Of a DNA stretch of 34,703 bases, positions 18,658 through 26,421 are shown in pieces (the stretch's first letter is position 1; the number at the start of each line of letters is the position of its first letter). The notes beneath the pieces are model-generated. The model did no database searches. It was not told where the DNA came from and worked only from the letters and a program-made list of their open reading frames with translations. Where the stretch lies: IMG/VR virus record IMGVR_UViG_3300031519_000101, positions 1-34,703 of that record; one strand, given 5' to 3'. Made by a program: the position numbers and the translations under genes. The DNA comes from a virus (Duplodnaviria; Caudoviricetes).

Positions 18658-18984
18658 TTAACTCCTCTCTTCTGCACACTCTGGACACACGTTGACTACA
18701 GCATCAGTGTCCATTGATAGGTAAGCACAGTCATCACATCCATCTGTTGGTATGTTTTCTACAATAAAGTTTTTGATTTGCATCAGCGATATGATTGAGA
18801 ACGGATTGCTTTCTTTAATTTCTTTAGCTAGCTCACAGTCATTATCTTCTATGTACTTGTCAGATAACATACCTGATGCAACTATCTGTTTGTATACAGT
18901 GTTAAATAAATAATCTAACGCCTCATAATCAGGCGTGTTAAACATCATTTCTTTTTTCATTTGATTCCTCATTTTGTTTTCCAT
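18658..18984 (-). CDS. Hypothetical early protein with C-terminal CxxC...CxxC
   Basis: CDDC...CPEC; first gene after a sigma70-like promoter. Confidence 0.65.
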   Translation of the reverse strand: MENKMRNQMKKEMMFNTPDYEALDYLFNTVYKQIVASGMLSDKYIEDNDCELAKEIKESNPFSIISLMQIKNFIVENIPTDGCDDCAYLSMDTDAVVNVCPECAEERS

Positions 18985-18995
18985 TTCTATTCAGC

Positions 18996-19024
18996 ATGTT
19001 AGCACTAGCATACGCGCAGTGCAA
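18996..19024 (-). promoter_or_regulatory. Sigma70-like leftward early promoter
   Basis: Minus strand TTGCAC-17 nt-TAACAT with a TG extension; intergenic. Confidence 0.6.
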
Positions 19025-19066
19025 ACAGTTCCTTGGCGTGTCCTCAAAAGTACACACCAATAAATA

Positions 19067-19101
19067 AGGCAAGGCCAAGGGTTATACCCATGACCATGCC
19101 T
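19067..19101 (-). terminator. Probable intrinsic terminator after the 19118-19585 gene
   Basis: AGGCATGGTCATGGG-TATAA-CCCTTGGCCTTGCCT followed by TATTTATT. Confidence 0.55.
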
Positions 19102-19117
19102 AAGATTATATCTTTTA

Positions 19118-19585
19118 TCAAAGCGTAATACCTAGCGAGGCTAGATCTTGCGCTGTCTCTGAGTCTATCTCTGTCGGTGCGCCATCTGGTGCAACGTTAG
19201 AGTTAGTAACAGTTGTATATACCTCCTCGTTCTCTGCTTGATACGCAAGTTGCGCATCATCTAGCTGACCTTGAAGAAACTCTACGTTGTATTGGTCAGC
19301 CTTGGCTTGAGCCAATGATGCTTGGTAGTTATTCTCTGAGATCTCGTCACCATTGCGGCGTCTTGCCCAATGTGATACCCAACCTTTTTGCTGGTCGAGC
19401 CTACGTTCTTGTCTTGGTATCCAATATTCCAAGAAGCGTATCTCTTGTTGCAGCTTCATCTTACGCAAAAAGGTCATGCTATCTGCGTTGTACCAACCAT
19501 CCTTGTCGGATAGCGTTGGTCTGTTGTTGAATAGTTCTGTGTTATTCACATATGTTTCTGTCATTGTTGTGATTAGATTTGTCAT
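19118..19585 (-). CDS. Hypothetical early coiled-coil protein
   Basis: GAGGA RBS in an AT-rich leader; 155 aa; flanked by hairpins. Confidence 0.75.
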   Translation of the reverse strand: MTNLITTMTETYVNNTELFNNRPTLSDKDGWYNADSMTFLRKMKLQQEIRFLEYWIPRQERRLDQQKGWVSHWARRRNGDEISENNYQASLAQAKADQYNVEFLQGQLDDAQLAYQAENEEVYTTVTNSNVAPDGAPTEIDSETAQDLASLGITL

Positions 19586-19625
19586 TGTATATATCCTCTA
19601 TATATTATTGTTTATTATATGTCTG

Positions 19626-19703
19626 GCCAGCACCGAAGACTAATGATAGTCAAGGGCGCTAGCCAAAGGGAACCCTTGACTATTAGTAGTCATCGGGGCA
19701 GGC
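19626..19703. repeat. Long imperfect inverted repeat (hairpin/cruciform)
   Basis: GACTAATGATAGTCAAGGG (19638-19656) versus CCCTTGACTATTAGTAGTC (19673-19691), 17/19 Watson-Crick pairs, extending outward. Confidence 0.8.
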
Positions 19704-19718
19704 GTACTTCTTATATCT

Positions 19719-19892
19719 TTATATTATTTCTATCTCTTGTTCTTTTATTACGAAGAAATGATCTAGCTCGTTCTGATTCTCAAGAGATTCGGCTATAGTA
19801 TGAGCTATTGTGTATGATTTATATCTACCTATTTCTTCTAACTCTATCTCTGCTATGCCATCTGTGTATGGTAATCTATTTACTGTATACAT
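19719..19892 (-). CDS. Hypothetical small acidic early protein
   Basis: GAGGA RBS before the ATG at 19892 (MYTVNRLP...). Confidence 0.55.
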   Translation of the reverse strand: MYTVNRLPYTDGIAEIELEEIGRYKSYTIAHTIAESLENQNELDHFFVIKEQEIEII

Positions 19893-19944
19893 TGTCTTTC
19901 CTCTTATATTAATACTCACACAAGACCACCTTGTGGATATGCCA

Positions 19945-20387
19945 ATACATATGCACGGAAAATACTGTCAGTCATTGGGATTAAGCATAGCGACCATTTT
20001 TCTAAAGGAAAAATTGATAATCCCATTACCCCTCACGCGCAAATGAACACTTGTGAATGAGCATGTGGGGTTGACGGACTGTATTTTATGTTGCGAAGCG
20101 AGGCAGAATCCGCACGGGGGTTCATGTGTGTGTATGTTAATACATTCGCTCTCTGAATGGGGATGCTACTGAAACTCTGTTCTCGTTGATCGACATGGAA
20201 TGTAGCCAACTTGATGAAGTCAAGTTGCCATGTAATGTTGGTCACCGACGAACATAGTTTAAGCATCCTCATAGAAGAGAGTGAACGGCTAGTGTTCAGC
20301 GCAGAAGAAGAGATAAGCACCGCGATCAGGATAGAAGCCCGTAAGGGCAGAGACTTTAGGCTCTGTTCACGATAGCCTGTTAATCGC
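19945..20387 (+). ncRNA. Candidate large structured non-coding element (ncRNA or folded ssDNA), three domains
   Basis: More than ten nested helices found by eye. G-U pairs fall almost only on the + strand. Includes a GTAA tetraloop hairpin. No credible ORF. Confidence 0.55.
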
Positions 20388-20397
20388 CCAACAACTG

Positions 20398-20437
20398 TTT
20401 TGTGCGTTGACACAGGGTATAATAGACGTGCTAAACA
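20398..20437 (+). promoter_or_regulatory. Putative late promoter for the packaging operon (TTTTGTGCG-TTGACA)
   Basis: The repeated motif overlaps a perfect TTGACA upstream of terS. Confidence 0.6.
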
Positions 20438-20478
20438 TGGGGGGAGAGAGGGAGAGGGGGGCTACAGTTGGAGATATT

Positions 20479-20856
20479 ATGAACAACATAACACAAAGAA
20501 AGCTAACACGTAAGCAGACAGCATTGGTTGAAGCGTATGTAGCAAATGGTGGGAACCTTACGCAAGCCAGCCAAGAAGCTGGGTATGCGCAAGGCGACAG
20601 CGGAAGAGTAACTGCACAGAAGAGCATGAAGCTAGCCCATGTGCAACAGTATATGATGGAAGTGGTGGCAAAGGAGTTCAGCCGTCATGCTCCTGCGGCA
20701 GTGCACCAGTTGGCAGGGCTAGCGAAGAAGGCTAAGAGTGAGTACGTTCAGTTGGAAGCCAGCAAGGATTTACTAGACAGGGCAGGGTTTAAGCCGATAG
20801 ATAGATCTCAGGTGCAGTTGGCGGGGGACATCAAGGTGTCAATAGACTTGGGATAA
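20479..20856 (+). CDS. terS: Terminase small subunit
   Basis: LTRKQ..LVEAYVANGGN.TQA...AGY and SEYVQLEASKDLLDRAG; GGAG RBS; upstream of TerL. Confidence 0.85.
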   Translation: MNNITQRKLTRKQTALVEAYVANGGNLTQASQEAGYAQGDSGRVTAQKSMKLAHVQQYMMEVVAKEFSRHAPAAVHQLAGLAKKAKSEYVQLEASKDLLDRAGFKPIDRSQVQLAGDIKVSIDLG

Positions 20857-20964
20857 GGGGGTGGGGGGTCAAAACTCTCGGGCACTATGTTATGTTACCT
20901 CCCTCACTCACATGATTGTTAAAAAAAGCTTGAAAAAATATTGTTAATAAAAAGGGTTTTGTAA

Positions 20965-21072
20965 ATGAGTAGATTTGGTGATAAGGTTCCAGAGACGTTT
21001 GACAACAGTACGGATAACGAGACTGCTAAGAAGGCGTTAAAGAGTAGTGGATATACAAAGGAGATTGAATGA
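20965..21072 (+). CDS. Small hypothetical protein (35 aa, not in the ORF track)
   Basis: MSRFGDKVPETFDNSTDNETAKKALKSSGYTKEIE; its stop overlaps the next start (ATGA). Confidence 0.45.
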   Translation: MSRFGDKVPETFDNSTDNETAKKALKSSGYTKEIE

Positions 21073-21266
21073 TGTGTGGTGGTGGCGGATCGGTGTCTAA
21101 GATGACCGAAGAGATCTATAAAAAGAATAAGAAAGACTATGGTGACTTACCTTCCCTAGCATTGGGTGATAAGGTTGAGCGCAAATCCTCTTCAGAAAGA
21201 ATGAAGGACGTTAAGAAGCCAGCTGAAAGTGCAGCTAGGTCATTGTTAATGCCGTATATGAAATGA
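21069..21266 (+). CDS. Small protein with an MCGGGG N-terminus (possible virion protein)
   Basis: AAGGAG RBS; same N-terminus as the 23660 gene. Confidence 0.65.
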   Translation: MMCGGGGSVSKMTEEIYKKNKKDYGDLPSLALGDKVERKSSSERMKDVKKPAESAARSLLMPYMK

Positions 21267-21559
21267 GTAAGACTCCAGCGTGGACACGTAAGGCAGGGAA
21301 GAATCCCAAGGGTGGTCTTAATGCTAAAGGGCGCGCTTCTTATAAGGGTGGTACGCTTAAAGCTCCTGTTAAGTCTGGGGATAATCCAAGGAGAGCTTCT
21401 TTCTTAGCACGAATGGCTGGCAATAAGGGGCCTGACAGAGATTCTAAGGGGAGACCTACTAGAAAATTATTATCTTTAAGGGCTTGGGGGGCTTCAAGTT
21501 CAGCTGATGCTAAGTCTAAAGCTGCAGCAATTAGTAAAAGGAATAAGAAAAATGGCTAA
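21263..21559 (+). CDS. Basic phage protein (DUF6321-like)
   Basis: PAWTRK.GKNPKGGLNAKGRASY...RRASF.ARM...LSLRAW. Confidence 0.75.
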   Translation: MSKTPAWTRKAGKNPKGGLNAKGRASYKGGTLKAPVKSGDNPRRASFLARMAGNKGPDRDSKGRPTRKLLSLRAWGASSSADAKSKAAAISKRNKKNG

Positions 21560-21701
21560 AGGATTATATGCAAACATAAACGCACGTAAGAAAAAGGGAA
21601 CAAGTAGATCTAAAAAGGATTCTACAGTTAGTGACAAGGCTTATAAGAATATGAAAGCTGGTTTCCCTAAGAAGAAAACTCTATTGAAAAAGGATAAATA
21701 A
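21552..21701 (+). CDS. Small Lys-rich phage protein
   Basis: MAKGLYANINARKKKGTSRSKK; coupled to its neighbours. Confidence 0.7.
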   Translation: MAKGLYANINARKKKGTSRSKKDSTVSDKAYKNMKAGFPKKKTLLKKDK

Positions 21702-21880
21702 TGGCTTGGACATTTAAAAATGGTGACGCATATACAGGCGACACACACGAATTAGCTGGCAATACTTACTCTGGAAAGACGCGTACTCGCGATTCTAAGC
21801 CTCTGCTAGAGGTAAAAGAAGCAGCAGTTCCTAAAGCACCGCGCAAAACTAGAGCGACACCGTTTAAAAAGGAAGACTAG
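21701..21880 (+). CDS. Small hypothetical protein (59 aa, not in the ORF track)
   Basis: MAWTFKNGDAYTGDTHELAGNTYSGKT...; AAGGA RBS; TAATG coupling. Confidence 0.65.
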   Translation: MAWTFKNGDAYTGDTHELAGNTYSGKTRTRDSKPLLEVKEAAVPKAPRKTRATPFKKED

Positions 21881-21882
21881 TC

Positions 21883-22077
21883 TTGAATTTTTTAAATACA
21901 TTGCAGCCCAAAGAGCGCGATACATTGCGTAGGGTGGTGCGGATCGTACATATGAAGCATCATCCCAAGCATTTTCAGACAGATTTCGAAGCTGATAAGA
22001 TAATCGAGGCTATTGGCCCAGAGATTGCAGCTAGAATGATTAAAGTTGGCATAGATAATAAGATATTAGATAAGTGA
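21883..22077 (+). CDS. Hypothetical protein
   Basis: TTG start with AAGGAAG RBS; GTGA overlap with terL. Confidence 0.65.
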   Translation: MNFLNTLQPKERDTLRRVVRIVHMKHHPKHFQTDFEADKIIEAIGPEIAARMIKVGIDNKILDK

Positions 22078-23597
22078 TAGATTTTAAATACAGGCCAGAT
22101 GGCGAAGTTGTTAAAGCATTTATGAAAGACGACACGTTCTTTCGTGGGATACGTGGCCCTGTTGGATCTGGCAAGTCAGTGTCTTGTTGCGTAGAAATTT
22201 TTAGACGCGCACTAGCGCAGAAACCTAATAAGCAAGGTATGCGCCGCAGTAGATGGGCAATAATTCGTAATACAAACCCACAGTTAAAGACTACAACTAT
22301 AAAAACTTGGCTTGATTGGTTCCCAGAGGACACATGGGGTAGGTTTACTTGGTCTGTTCCCTATACACATATGATAAAAAAAGGCGATCTTGAGCTTGAA
22401 GTCCTCTTCTTAGCACTTGATAGACCTGAAGATGTTAAGAAATTGCTGTCTTTAGAGCTGACAGGTGTATGGGTTAACGAGGCTAGAGAGATTCCTAAGT
22501 CAATTATTGATGCATGTACCATGCGTGTAGGTCGTTTTCCTTCTATGCGGGATGGCGGAGCTAGTTGGACAGGCGTTATCTGTGATACTAACGCACCAGA
22601 AGAGGATCATTGGTGGCCTATTATGTCTGGCGAAGTGCCAGTACCCGACCATATTCCTAGAGAACAGGCTAAAATGTTGGTGAAACCCGACAACTGGTCG
22701 TTTTATACCCAGCCCAGCGGCATGATAGAAAAGCATGACGAGAGTGGCGAGATAGATGACTATGTGCCTAACGATGTTGCGGAAAATAGGGAGTATATGC
22801 GTGAGGATTACTACTCAAATCTTATACGCGGTAAGACAAAAAGCTGGATTGACGTGTATGTTATGAACAAATTAGGTTCAATCCAAGAAGGTAAGCCTAT
22901 CTATCAGATGTTTGCTAGCGATGTGCATGTAGCAAAAGAAGAAATACCTATAGCTGCTGGCTCACCCCTATACATTGGTATAGATTTTGGGCTTACTCCT
23001 GCAGCTACCATGGGGCAAAAGGTACGCGGAAGGTGGCTAATACAGCAAGAGATTGTTGCATTTGACATGGGTATCGTTAGATTTGCAGAGGTTTTGCGAC
23101 AAGAGATAGCGACTAGATTCTCTACATGCTCTGAAGTATTTATATATGGCGACCCTGCTGGTGATTTCCGCGCTCAAACTGATGAATCTACCCCATTCCA
23201 CATACTACGTGGTGCTGGATTGCGTGCTTTCCCTGCCCCTTCTAACTCTGTTGACCTAAGATTAGAGAGTGTTGCGTCTCAATTACACAAAATGGCAGAC
23301 GGAAAGCCAGCATTTCTTATAGATCCTCGCTGTCAGCAGCTAATAAAAGGCTTTGAAGGTGGGTATCAGTACAGACGTATGGAGGTTTCGGGCGAAAGAT
23401 ACGCCGATAAGCCTGATAAAAATATGTTTTCACACGTACATGATGCATTACAGTACCAGATGTTAGGTGCTGGAGAGGGCAGAGCCTTAATAAACAACCA
23501 GAAACCAGCTACACCAACAGTAGCAAACGCTTCATTTAACGTATTTGACAACAGAAATAAACCACAGCGTAGAAAAGGATTGTGGTCAAGGCTCTAA
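22074..23597 (+). CDS. terL: Terminase large subunit
   Basis: Walker A GPVGSGKS; Walker B WVNEARE; CDTN; nuclease motifs GIDFG and SHVHDALQY. Confidence 0.95.
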   Translation: MIDFKYRPDGEVVKAFMKDDTFFRGIRGPVGSGKSVSCCVEIFRRALAQKPNKQGMRRSRWAIIRNTNPQLKTTTIKTWLDWFPEDTWGRFTWSVPYTHMIKKGDLELEVLFLALDRPEDVKKLLSLELTGVWVNEAREIPKSIIDACTMRVGRFPSMRDGGASWTGVICDTNAPEEDHWWPIMSGEVPVPDHIPREQAKMLVKPDNWSFYTQPSGMIEKHDESGEIDDYVPNDVAENREYMREDYYSNLIRGKTKSWIDVYVMNKLGSIQEGKPIYQMFASDVHVAKEEIPIAAGSPLYIGIDFGLTPAATMGQKVRGRWLIQQEIVAFDMGIVRFAEVLRQEIATRFSTCSEVFIYGDPAGDFRAQTDESTPFHILRGAGLRAFPAPSNSVDLRLESVASQLHKMADGKPAFLIDPRCQQLIKGFEGGYQYRRMEVSGERYADKPDKNMFSHVHDALQYQMLGAGEGRALINNQKPATPTVANASFNVFDNRNKPQRRKGLWSRL

Positions 23598-23598
23598 A

Positions 23599-23611
23599 TT
23601 GTGCATTGAAA
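23599..23611 (+). promoter_or_regulatory. Late-motif variant TTGTGCATTG(AAA) upstream of the portal operon
   Basis: One mismatch to the repeated motif; lies just after the terL stop. Confidence 0.5.
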
Positions 23612-23659
23612 ACTTTTCTTTTCTGTGCCAACCAATGTAAAACAACTAAGGAGAATAAC

Positions 23660-23902
23660 ATGTGTGGTGGTGGTGGCAGAAGTCAAGCAGATGTAGATGC
23701 TGAAGCGAGAGCAGCAGCCGAAGATCGTATTTCAGCAGAAGACGCAAAGCGTGCAGAAATTGAATCAAAGGCTGAACAGAAACGTGAAGATATTGGTGAA
23801 GCAGTAGAGTCGCGTGCCGAAGGAAGAGGGATGCGCGGCGGCAAAGGTCGTCGATCATTGTTTAAAGCTGGTGGTGGCGGATTTTTAGATCGGTTTAGTT
23901 AA
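23660..23902 (+). CDS. Small virion protein with an MCGGGG N-terminus (T7 gp6.7/7.3-like position)
   Basis: AAGGAG RBS before the ATG at 23660; GRRSL C-terminal motif; precedes the portal. Confidence 0.7.
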   Translation: MCGGGGRSQADVDAEARAAAEDRISAEDAKRAEIESKAEQKREDIGEAVESRAEGRGMRGGKGRRSLFKAGGGGFLDRFS

Positions 23903-25449
23903 TGGAAAAAATAGCCAAGCAGTACATACAGAAGTATGAGAAAGCCAAGTCCTTTCGAGAGAACTGGGTTCCGTTGTTCGAGGAGTGTTATGAGTATGCG
24001 CTGCCTCAACGTGAAAGTTTTTACGCTGAAACTGCTGGGCAAAGACGCGATGACCGCATATTTGACGAGACTGCAGTGGTTGGTGTTCAAGAGTTTGCTA
24101 GTCGCCTCCAATCTGGGCTTGTACCTAATTTTGCTAGGTGGGCTGATCTCATGGCTGGTAGTGAAGTTCCTCCAAATCAGCGCGAATCAGTTGATAACGA
24201 GCTTGACGAGGTAACAGAATACGTCTTTGAAATACTACAAAATTCTAACTTTAGCCAAGAAGTCCATGAATCTTTTATGGATTTAGCTGTTGGTACTGGT
24301 GTTCTGTGCGTAGAAGAAGGGGATGCCCTTAATCCTGTTAACTTTTCTGCCATTCCATTGCCGCATGTAGTGCTAGATACTGGCCCTGATGATAGAATTG
24401 ACCACGTTTTTCGTGAAAGGAAGGGCGTAAAGTACGATCATCTAGCTATGATGTACCCAAATGGTACGCTTGATCCTAAAGTTATTAACTATATGGGGTC
24501 AGATAAGACAACAACTGTACTTGAAGTTGTATGCAGAGACTATAATGTTAAGAATGAAGAGGCTTATTTAAGCTATGCGTTCTGTATGACTACAAATACT
24601 GTACTAAATTACAAGCAAATGAAGGGTAGCGGCTCTAATCCATTCATATGTTTTCGTTGGTCTAAATGTGCTGGTGAAGTTTACGGTCGCGGCCCTTTAA
24701 TTAACGCATTGTCTGCTATAAAAACTACAAATCTTACCATTGAAATGATACTTGAGAACGCACAGATGTCTATCTCTGGCATATACCAAATGGAAGATGA
24801 CGGCGTTATTAATCCAGACACAATACAATTAGTACCAGGATCTATTATTCCAAAAGCTATGGGATCAAGCGGATTGCAGCCTATTCGTGCAGCTGGAAAC
24901 TTTGATGTAGCTCAATTAGTGCTTGGTGATATGCGTCAAAACATAAAGCGTGCGCTATATAACGACATGTTAGGCAATCCAGATAAGACACCAGCGTCAG
25001 CTACGGAAGTAGCGGAGCGTATGGCAGATCTTTCTAGGCGTATGGGCGCAGCTTTTGGTAGATTACAAGCTGAATTAGTACAACCTGTACTACAGCGCGT
25101 TATTTACATACTTAAAAAGCAAGGACGTATTGATGTACCTACTGTGAATGGGCGTGAAGTTAAGATACGTTCCGTTTCTCCACTAGCTCAAGCGCAATCT
25201 AACCAAGATATTTCTAGTGTTGGTCGTTTCCTTGAAATGGTTGGTACTACGTTCGGCCCAGAAATGTTGCAGCTATTAATTGATGGTGAAAAAACAGCTA
25301 TACACCTAGCTAAAAAGTTTGGTGTGCCTGAAAGCTTGATTCGTGATGAAGAACAGCGTAAACAAATAGCTGCATTAGCGCAACAAATGGCGCAACAACA
25401 AGCGCAGCAACAGCAGGGTGGTATAAGTGAGCAAGAGCAACAAGGTTAA
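23902..25449 (+). CDS. Portal (head-to-tail connector) protein
   Basis: FASRLQSGL.P...W, DLAVGTG, RWSK..GE.YGRGP and SATEV.ER motifs of T7 gp8-like portals. Confidence 0.95.
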   Translation: MEKIAKQYIQKYEKAKSFRENWVPLFEECYEYALPQRESFYAETAGQRRDDRIFDETAVVGVQEFASRLQSGLVPNFARWADLMAGSEVPPNQRESVDNELDEVTEYVFEILQNSNFSQEVHESFMDLAVGTGVLCVEEGDALNPVNFSAIPLPHVVLDTGPDDRIDHVFRERKGVKYDHLAMMYPNGTLDPKVINYMGSDKTTTVLEVVCRDYNVKNEEAYLSYAFCMTTNTVLNYKQMKGSGSNPFICFRWSKCAGEVYGRGPLINALSAIKTTNLTIEMILENAQMSISGIYQMEDDGVINPDTIQLVPGSIIPKAMGSSGLQPIRAAGNFDVAQLVLGDMRQNIKRALYNDMLGNPDKTPASATEVAERMADLSRRMGAAFGRLQAELVQPVLQRVIYILKKQGRIDVPTVNGREVKIRSVSPLAQAQSNQDISSVGRFLEMVGTTFGPEMLQLLIDGEKTAIHLAKKFGVPESLIRDEEQRKQIAALAQQMAQQQAQQQQGGISEQEQQG

Positions 25450-25693
25450 TATTGGAATTGATGGCTATCAAAGAGCAACAAGTCAGGATTTAGAGATAAG
25501 CCAAAACGTAGCTGAAGTATTTAGCACTCCTGCTGGGCAAGCAGTATCAAAATACTTGCGTTCTATTACTATTGAAATGGTACATGGCTCAAACGTAACT
25601 GCAGAAGAGCTAAGACATATTGAGGGGCAGCGTTATATTGTTGCTTTAATAGAGGCACGTATCAATCATGCACATAGGAGTAAAAACAAATGA
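25427..25693 (+). CDS. Conserved head-module protein (Bbp19-like)
   Basis: VFSTPAGQAV..YL and LRH.EGQR.IV motifs; between portal and scaffold. Confidence 0.7.
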   Translation: MSKSNKVNIGIDGYQRATSQDLEISQNVAEVFSTPAGQAVSKYLRSITIEMVHGSNVTAEELRHIEGQRYIVALIEARINHAHRSKNK

Positions 25694-26421
25694 ATGATAT
25701 ACCAGCAGAATCAGAACAATCTACACATGCTGAAACAGCAGAGCGTGACTTTGTAGTTGCGGAAGATGCGGCTCCAGCTAGACCAGAATGGTTGCCAGAA
25801 AAATACAAAAGCGGTGAAGATTTAGCTAAAGCTTATAAAGAGCTAGAGTCTAAGCTAGGTACTAAAGAAGAGGATCTTCGCGCACAGTTTAAAGAAGAGT
25901 TTGACTCAAGCAAAAATGCTGATCGACCAGAATCTGCTGGCGAATATTCATTGCCAGACTTTGTAGATGATGAAGCTGCAGTTGATAACGAGCTATTAAA
26001 ATGGTGGGCTGAACAATCATTTGACAATGGGTTTGGTCAAGATAAATTTGAAAAAGGTATTGAGATGTACCTTCAGACGATGGAGGCAGCTGCTCCTGAC
26101 CTCGACGCTGAAGCTGCAAAGTTGGGGGAAAACGCGGATCAACGCATTGAGTCAGCATCAATGTTTGCTACCAAGTTTTTCCCCGACGAAACTATGCCAG
26201 CGATAGAGCGTATGATGGAAACCCATGAAGGCGTTATAGCTATGGAAGCAATTCAAGAAGCTTTAAAAGATGGTTCATTTACTGGAGACACTGCTCCTGC
26301 AGCTGGACTTTCAGAAGACAGCTTAAAAGAAATGATGCAAGATCCTCGCTACTGGAGCAAGAATGACCCTGCATTTGTTCGGCAAGTAGAGGCTGGCTTT
26401 AAGAAACTTTATGGAAGCTAA
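25690..26421 (+). CDS. Capsid scaffolding/assembly protein
   Basis: RPEWLPEK...LAKAY.ELESKLG; acidic; C-terminal M.DPRYW...DPAF...V. Confidence 0.85.
   Translation: MNDIPAESEQSTHAETAERDFVVAEDAAPARPEWLPEKYKSGEDLAKAYKELESKLGTKEEDLRAQFKEEFDSSKNADRPESAGEYSLPDFVDDEAAVDNELLKWWAEQSFDNGFGQDKFEKGIEMYLQTMEAAAPDLDAEAAKLGENADQRIESASMFATKFFPDETMPAIERMMETHEGVIAMEAIQEALKDGSFTGDTAPAAGLSEDSLKEMMQDPRYWSKNDPAFVRQVEAGFKKLYGS

Noticed and set aside
19945-20387. tRNA, tmRNA, group I/II intron or retron msr-msd
   Set aside because: No cloverleaf or T-loop, no interrupted gene, no recognisable intron core and no reverse transcriptase.
19810-20413. ORFs 19810..20046 (+) and 20033..20413 (-) as real genes
   Set aside because: No clear RBS and no recognisable motifs. 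The region is better explained by nested inverted repeats.
20407-20423. Perfect sigma70 promoter TTGACA...TATAAT
   Set aside because: The two hexamers are only 5 nt apart, so they cannot act together.
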